Shown: in pieces, positions 53,605 to 64,000 of the stretch
Layout of the letters: each line of letters starts with the position of its first letter
How positions within the stretch are numbered: position 1 is the stretch's first letter
Assembly: GCF_009914755.1 (NCBI RefSeq)
Contig: NC_060929.1
DNA: 64,000 nucleotides
Direction: 5' to 3' (one strand)
DNA from: the human T2T-CHM13v2.0 reference genome, Homo sapiens
Notes under the pieces: generated by a model
What the model saw: only the letters and a program-made list of their open reading frames with translations
What the model was told of the DNA's origin: nothing
The model's database searches: none
Translations under genes and position numbers: made by a program

Positions 53605-54975
53605 CCTTTCTTTGTCCTTTTTAACTGTTGTTCATTTAAAGCCTATTCTATGTGATACAAGAATAGTAACCCCTGCTCTTTTTTGTTTTCTGTTTGCATG
53701 ATAGATGTTTTTCTGTCCATTTACTTTGAGCCTATGGGTGTTATTACATGTGAGATATAGGTCTCTTGAAGACAGCAGAAGGGAAGGTCTTATTTTTTGT
53801 CCTATTTGCCACTCTATATATTTTAAGTGGAGCATTTAGGCCATTTAGGTTCAAGGTAAATATTGATATGTGAAGTTTTGTTTTTGTCATAGTGTTGTTA
53901 GCTAGTTGTTTTGTAGTGCAGTTGCCTTATGGGGTCTGTAAGCTTCGTACTTATGTGTGCTTTGTGCTAGCAAGCATCATTCTTTTGCTTTCATGTTTAG
54001 AATTTCTTTAAGCATTTCATATAGGGCTTGTCTTGTGATGAATACCTTTACCATTTGTTTGGGAAAGACTTTATTCTCCTTTGTTTATGAAGCTTAGTTT
54101 GGCAGGATATAAAATTCTTGGCTGATATTTTTTCTTTATGAAAGCTAAAAATAGGTCACCAATCACTTCTAGCTTGTAGCTTCTAGCTTGTGAGGTTTCC
54201 ACTAAGAAGTCTGCTGTTAGTCTAATGGGATTCCTTTTATAGTTAATTTGGCCCTTTTCTCTATCTGTCTTTAAGATTATTTTTCTTTTCTCATTTACCT
54301 TGGATAGTCTGATGACTATGTGTCTTGAAGATGGTCATCTTGTATAATATCTTGCAGGAATTATCTGCATTTGTTTTATCTGCATGTCAACCTCTAGCAA
54401 GATTGGGGAAGTTTTCCTGAATTATATCTTCAAATATATTTTCTAAGTTCCTTACTTTTTTTTTCTTCTCTCTCAGAAATGCCCATAATTAATAGGTTTG
54501 GTTGCTTTACATAATCCTATATTTCTCAAAGGCTTCATTTACCTTTTTAAAATTGTTTTTATAATTTTTGTCTTACTGGGTTAATTCAAAAGACTGCTCT
54601 TTAAACTCTGAAATTCTTTCTTCTGTTTGGTCTAATCCATTATTAAGGCTTCTAATTGTATTTTTAAATTTTTCTAGTGAAATTTGTAATTCCCAGTGTT
54701 TGATTTTTTTTCTTAACATAGCTATGTTGTATTTTATATCCTGGATTATTTCTGTTTTCTTTATACTGGATATTAATTTTAACTTTTCTCAGATTTTATT
54801 GAGTTTCTTTGCCACCCATATCCTGAATTCTATATCTGTCATTTCAGATATTTCAATCTGGCTAGCATACATTGCTAGGGAGCTAGTACAATGCTTTGGA
54901 AGGGACAAAACACTCTTGTTTTTTGTATTGCCAGAGTTCTTGCACTGATTCCTTCTAAACTGAGGGAGTTATTGT
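53605..54975 (-). mobile_element. L1P4 (L1PA15/16-type) ORF1 and start of the ORF2 endonuclease
   Basis: Minus-strand ORF THRLKVNGQKNIYHANRKQKRAGVTILVS; ORF1-like DNA further right. Confidence 0.82.
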
Positions 54976-55049
54976 CTAATGCCAAAACAGATGCTTCGTA
55001 CATTTTCCAGTATTATAGTTGTCTATTGTGGGAAGGTAGTCTGATACCC

Positions 55050-55225
55050 ACTATTTGGTCATATTTGGAATCAAAAGTTCTTTTATTTAGATTTTATAAT
55101 TGAAGAAACTGAGACAAAGAGAGGTTTAGTAATTTACCAAAGCTCTTACAACTTGGCAAAGTCAGGATATAAATTCATTCAATCTGGCTCCAAAATGTGT
55201 GGTCTAATGGAGAGACTGACCATAG
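55050..55225 (-). mobile_element. MIR
   Basis: ttgaagaaactgagacaaagagaggtttagtaatttacc. Confidence 0.7.
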
Positions 55226-55256
55226 AGTTTTGGGATTCTTTTTTATCACCTCAATT

Positions 55257-55742
55257 TTATGAAGTTAAAGTGAAAAAAAAAAAAATTGACGGGGTGGAGC
55301 CAAGATGGCCGAATAGGAACAGCTCCAGTCTACAGCTCCCAGCATGAGCGACACAGAAGATGGGTGATTTCTGCATTTCCAACTGATGTACCAGGTTCAT
55401 CTCACTGGGGAGTGTCGGAAAGTGGGTGAAGGACAGTGGGTGCAGTGCACCAAGCATGAGCCAAAGCAGGGCAAGGCATTGCCTCACCCAGGAAGCACAA
55501 GGGATCAGGGAATTCCCTTTCCTAGTCAAAGAAAGGGGTGATAGACGGCACCTGGAAAATTGGTTCACTCCCACCCTAATACTGTGCTTTTCCAATGGTC
55601 TTAGCAAACGGCACACCAGGAGATTATATACTGCACATGGCTCAGAGGGTCCTATGCCCACAGAGCCTCACTCATTACTAGCACAGCAGTCTGAGATCAA
55701 ACTGCAAGGCAGCAGCAAGGCTGGGGGAGGGGCCCCTGCCAT
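55257..55742 (-). pseudogene. L1 ORF0 remnant with a single nonsense codon
   Basis: Translates MAGAPPPALLLPCSLISDCCASNE*GSVGIGPSEP; TGA at 55670-55668; in frame with the track ORF 55257-55661. Confidence 0.85.
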
Positions 55743-56318
55743 TGCAGAGGCTTGAGTAGTTAAACAAAGCAGCCAGGAAGATCGAACTGGGTGGAGCCCA
55801 CCACAGCTCAAGGAGGCCTGCCTGCCTCTGTAGGCTCCACCTCTGGGGGCAGGGCATTGCCAAACGAAAGGCAGCAGAATCCTCTGCAGACTTAAATGTC
55901 CCTGTCTGACAGCTTTGAAGAGAGTACTGGTTCTCCCAGCACGCAGCTGGACATCTGAGAATGGACAGACTGCCTCCTCAAGTGGGTCCCTGACCCCCGA
56001 GTAGCCTAACTGGGAGGCACCCCCCAGTAGGGGCAGACTGACACCTCACATGGCCGGATACTCCTCTGAGACAAAACTTCCAGAGGAACAATCAGGCAGC
56101 AACATTTGCTGTTCATCAATATCCACAGTTCTGCAGCCTCCACTGCTGATACCCAGGCAAACAGCATCTGGAGTGAACCTCCAGCAAACTCCACTAGACC
56201 TTCAGCTGAAGGGTCCTGACTGTTAGAAGGAAAACTAACAAACAGAAAGGACATCCACACCAAAACCCCATCTGTACGTCACCATCATCAAAGACCAAAG
56301 ATAGATAAAACCACAAGG
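55291..56318 (+). promoter_or_regulatory. L1 5'UTR internal sense/antisense promoter with YY1 site (caagatggcc, 55301-55310)
   Basis: Canonical L1PA 5'UTR; most CpGs have decayed to TG/CA, so activity is doubtful. Confidence 0.75.
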
Positions 56319-57330
56319 ATGAGGAAAAAACAGAGCAGAAAAACTGGAAACTCTAAAAATCAGAGTGCCTCTCCTCCTCCAAAGCAATGCAGCTCCTCAC
56401 CAGCAATGGAACAAAGCTGGACAGAGAATGACTTTGACTAGTTGAGAGAAGAATGCTTCAGATGATCAAACTACTCCAAGCTAAAGGAGGAAGTTTGAAC
56501 CCATGGCAAAAAAGTTAAAAACCTTGAAAAAAAATTAGATGAAAGGCTAACTAGAATAACCAATGCAGAGAAGTCCTTAAAGGACCTGATGGAGCTGAAA
56601 ACCAAGGCACGAGAAGTACGTAATGAATGCACAAGCCTCAGTAGCCGATTTGACCAACTGGAAGAAAGGATATCAGTGATGGAAGATCAAATGAATGAAA
56701 GGAAGTGAGAAGGGAAGTTTAAAAAGAATAAAAATAAATGAACAAAGTCTTCAAGAAATATGGGACTATGTGAAAAGACCAAATCTACGTCTGATTGGTG
56801 TACCTGAAAGTGACGGGGAGAATGGAACCAAGTTAAAAAACACTCTGCAGGATATTGTCCAGGAGAACTTCCCCAATCTAGCAAGGGAGGCCAACATTCA
56901 GATTCAGGAAATACAGAGAACAACACAAAGCTACTCCTCGAGAAGAGCAACTCCAAGACACATAATTGTCAGATTCACCAAAGTTGAAATGAAGGAAAAA
57001 ACGTTAAGGGCAGCCAGAGAGAAAGGTCGGGTTACCCACAAAGGGAAGCCCATCAGACTAACAGCTGATCTCTCGGCAGAAACTCTACAAGCCAGAAGAG
57101 AGTGGGGACCAATATTCAACATTCTTAAAGAAAAGAATTTTCAACCCACAATTTCATATCCAGCCAAACTAAGCTTCATACGTGAAGGAGAAATAAAATC
57201 CTTTACAGACAAGCAAATGCTGAGAGATTTTGTCACCACCAGGCCTGCCCTAAAACAGCTCCTGAAGGAAGCACTAAACATGGAAAGGAAAAACCGGTAC
57301 TATCCACTGCAAAAACATGGCAAATTGTAA
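56319..57330 (+). pseudogene. L1 ORF1p, disrupted
   Basis: ATG at 56319, early stops; C-terminal part open (NEQSLQEIWDYVKRPNLRLIG, REKG, YPAKLS). Confidence 0.93.
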
Positions 57331-57393
57331 AGACCATCAAGGCTAGGAAGAAACTGCATCAACTAACGAGTAAGATAACCAGCTAATATCATA

Positions 57394-61218
<3,825 letters not shown>

Positions 61219-63769
61219 AAAATGAGAACACATGGATACAGGAAGGGGAACATCACACACTGGGGTCTTTGTGGGGTGGGGGGAGCGGGGAAGGATAGCA
61301 TTTGGAGATATACCTAATGTTAAATGACGAGTTACTGGGTGCAGCACACCAACATGGCACATGTATACATATGTAACTAACCTGCACATTGTGCACATCT
61401 ACCCTAAAACTTAAAGTATAATAAAAAAAATTTTAAAATTTTACTTTAATGTGGTAGGCCATGGATAGGTGAAGAACATGGGATTATATAACCATGGCAA
61501 TAGCTGCAATAACGTCTAATACTTCCTTCTCCAGATAAAAAGAAAGGAAAAAATAACAATAAATAGTTTTTTTGTTTTTGTGACCTTGTGGAGTGTTCAC
61601 TTTATGCATTCTACTATGAGCACTGAACATCAGAGTCATTTCCATGAAAAACTAGAGAGATATCATGAGAAGCTATATCAATTCACTCATTTGTATCCTT
61701 GCCACTTGTTCTGTTCCCTAGTCCAAAAATAAATCATAGTGAAAGCAACTTCAGGCCATGTGTTGTCATTGTTGTCAGCCTCTTTTACTGGATCAGTCCT
61801 TTGTAGTCTTGTCTAATACATCTAGGCTCAAAATTACATATTAAATTATTTTGTAATTTCTCCAAAAACTGCAAATTAATTAGAATTCTAGAACTTAGGC
61901 TTAGAGATACTTTCCATAATATTACTAGGCTTGGAAAAATTTCTAGTTTCACTGCTCGCAATACCATTCAGTGATTTTTTTAACGAAACATCACAGGTAA
62001 AATAGGACAAAGTTTCCCCTATAATGGGAAATTCAGATTTTTATTTCAGCATTACATTTTTAGACTCCATGAATTCAGATTTCTCTTGTTAAATTGCAGG
62101 TCCTTCCCTTGATTCATTATTTATAAATTAATATATATTTGAAGGAGATATTATATGTCCCAGAAGCTACCCTCAAGAAGCAGAAAAAAACTTCCATATA
62201 ATCTTCAAGATAGCACAAGATAATGCAAATTATATCAAACCTTTCTTAAAGAAATCAAAATAAACAACCTCGGTATAATCCAAACTATGAATACATAATA
62301 TTCCTAGCCTTGATGGAATAACTGTAGAAAAATCATGATTATAAACTGACAAAGAACAAAAATTGTATGACTTTGAACAGTATATGATGTATATTGCAGA
62401 TAAGCTATTGTGCTTATTTACTTTAATCATTAGCTTTATGCAAAAAGAGGAGGTATGAAATACTTAAAAGTTAAATAGTGAAAACCCTTGGTCTAGGTCA
62501 TAAACCTAATAAAAAATTGACTCACTCTTCAGGTGTAAGACATTAAAGGATTAAGTGTGACTAAATAAAAGAAACATGTCTTGAGGTGTCTGCCTCCCCA
62601 TAACTCTCTTCTCTAGCAGCTGCCTGTTAAAATTGCAGGTGCCTTCAGTCAAATTTGTGCCATGTGGTCTCAAAACAACAGCTCATTGAATTCGGGGTAT
62701 GCATTGGACTGAAAGTATCCAGTGCTTTAACCAGCTGGTGATCAATCATATTGTCTATACTTACACTAAGAGGCACAAGTTGTAGGGTGTGGAAATGAGA
62801 TATGTGATTGAATTCGATAGAGGCAACCTGACGTAGTCATTTTTAGCTATATGTATGCCAACAACTAAGCAGGTGGGATGTAGTCAGAAGCAGAAGATGG
62901 AGCAGGTACTTAGACACAAATAAAAGGTGGATTGAGGAAGTCTTGATCTCTGGTTTTCCAGTTCCTGATTTCACAAGCCTACTTGTATTTCAGTTTTTAT
63001 ACACTTAAGCCTGCCTGTTGAATTCTTAAAATTAATCTCCCTTCACTGGAACTAGCTTGCATGGCTTCCTTGCAATAAATATTCCCTAAGATGCTTAAGC
63101 ACCTAGTTCTGATTGTCCTTTGAAAAAAATCAGTACAAACTGGCATACATTTTAAAAGTTTCTTTGGAAGTGATTATCTCCAAAAGCAAAGAGGTAGCCC
63201 ATCCACCTACCTAAGTGAGCTCCATGGTCCCTTACAAAATAAATGATCCAACATAATTGACCATGTGCAAGAAATAAGCAGCTATTTTACATTGTTTCAC
63301 TGATTAAGAAATCAGGACAAAGGAACTGTTAATACCAAGTAGCTATTGGTGCTTGAGAATTGGCATATTCAAATCAAACTCAGTGAAATAAAATGGAGAT
63401 GGATCTGCTTTTGGTTCTTGCTAGAGACATGTTAATTAACTTTTCCTTTCTATTAACCAACAGTTATATTAAAATGACAGTGGTTTTGCTCTCCTGTCTT
63501 TTATTCCTGTTGTAACAAGTATATAATCTTCTCTAACAGGAATTTCTATGTTTACTCTTGTGATCTCATTAGACCTAAATATTGTCAAATGTTAATGTAC
63601 CAAAACAGAATTTGAAATAATTTATTTCCTCTACTTTATTGCATTTCCAAGAATTGGAAACAATCGGTGTAATTGGCTATTTGCACCAAAAACACCTTCC
63701 TTGAGAGTACTCCATCAGTTGATTCTAAATCTAATAATATCTTTTTGTTTGTACACCATTTTAAAGTTT

Positions 63770-63875
63770 TCCAGGCACTGTCGTATGTAACATCTCATGT
63801 TGTTTTCAGTGGGAGAAGGAGATAATCCTATCTCTATTTGCAAATGAGAAGACAAAGGCCAAGAAATTCCAGTGC
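63770..63875 (-). mobile_element. MIR fragment
   Basis: ccaggcactg...ctatttgcaaatgagaagacaaaggcc. Confidence 0.5.
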
Positions 63876-63884
63876 CCTATTTAT

Positions 63885-64000
63885 CTGTGAGCTACAGCAA
63901 CAAATTACCACAATATTGTGGTCTAAACAATTTAAATTTATTTTACATTTCTGTAGGTCACAAATCCAACCTGGCCTCACCAGGCTAAAAGCAAAGTGTT
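63885..64000 (-). mobile_element. MLT1 LTR 3' end, runs off the window
   Basis: caacaaattaccacaa..gtggtctaaacaa..aaatttatt..ttctgtaggtca..ggctaaaa.caaagtgtt. Confidence 0.7.

Overview
Primate (human-like) nuclear DNA, AT-rich and mostly made of interspersed repeats. I find no supportable host protein-coding exon, RNA gene, CRISPR array or CpG island. Every ORF in the track that I can recognise is a retroelement remnant (LINE-1 ORF0/ORF1/ORF2, MaLR Gag-like ORF) or an Alu/low-complexity artefact. The main elements are a full-length dead L1PA4/5-type LINE-1 (55291-61430), a full-length L1MA2-type LINE-1 carrying a nested Alu and a solo LTR (9471-17920), two complete MaLR proviruses (MSTA 5520-7937; THE1 26825-29048), and an ORF2-less L1MA nested in an L1PA15/16-type element (50015-53600). 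There are also about eight solo LTRs, about 13 Alu/FLAM copies, a Tigger4b, and many MIR/L2/L1M relics. I did not find a new multi-gene biological system. The best oddities are structural: a THE1 whose two LTRs share a 50-bp U3 deletion that moves a DUX4-type motif next to the TATA box, the ORF1-only L1MA, a fold-back inverted duplication inside an L1M, four closely spaced Alus in alternating orientation, and a repeat-poor stretch that retains CpGs. Subfamily names come from recalled consensus sequences, not a database search; boundaries of old elements are approximate.
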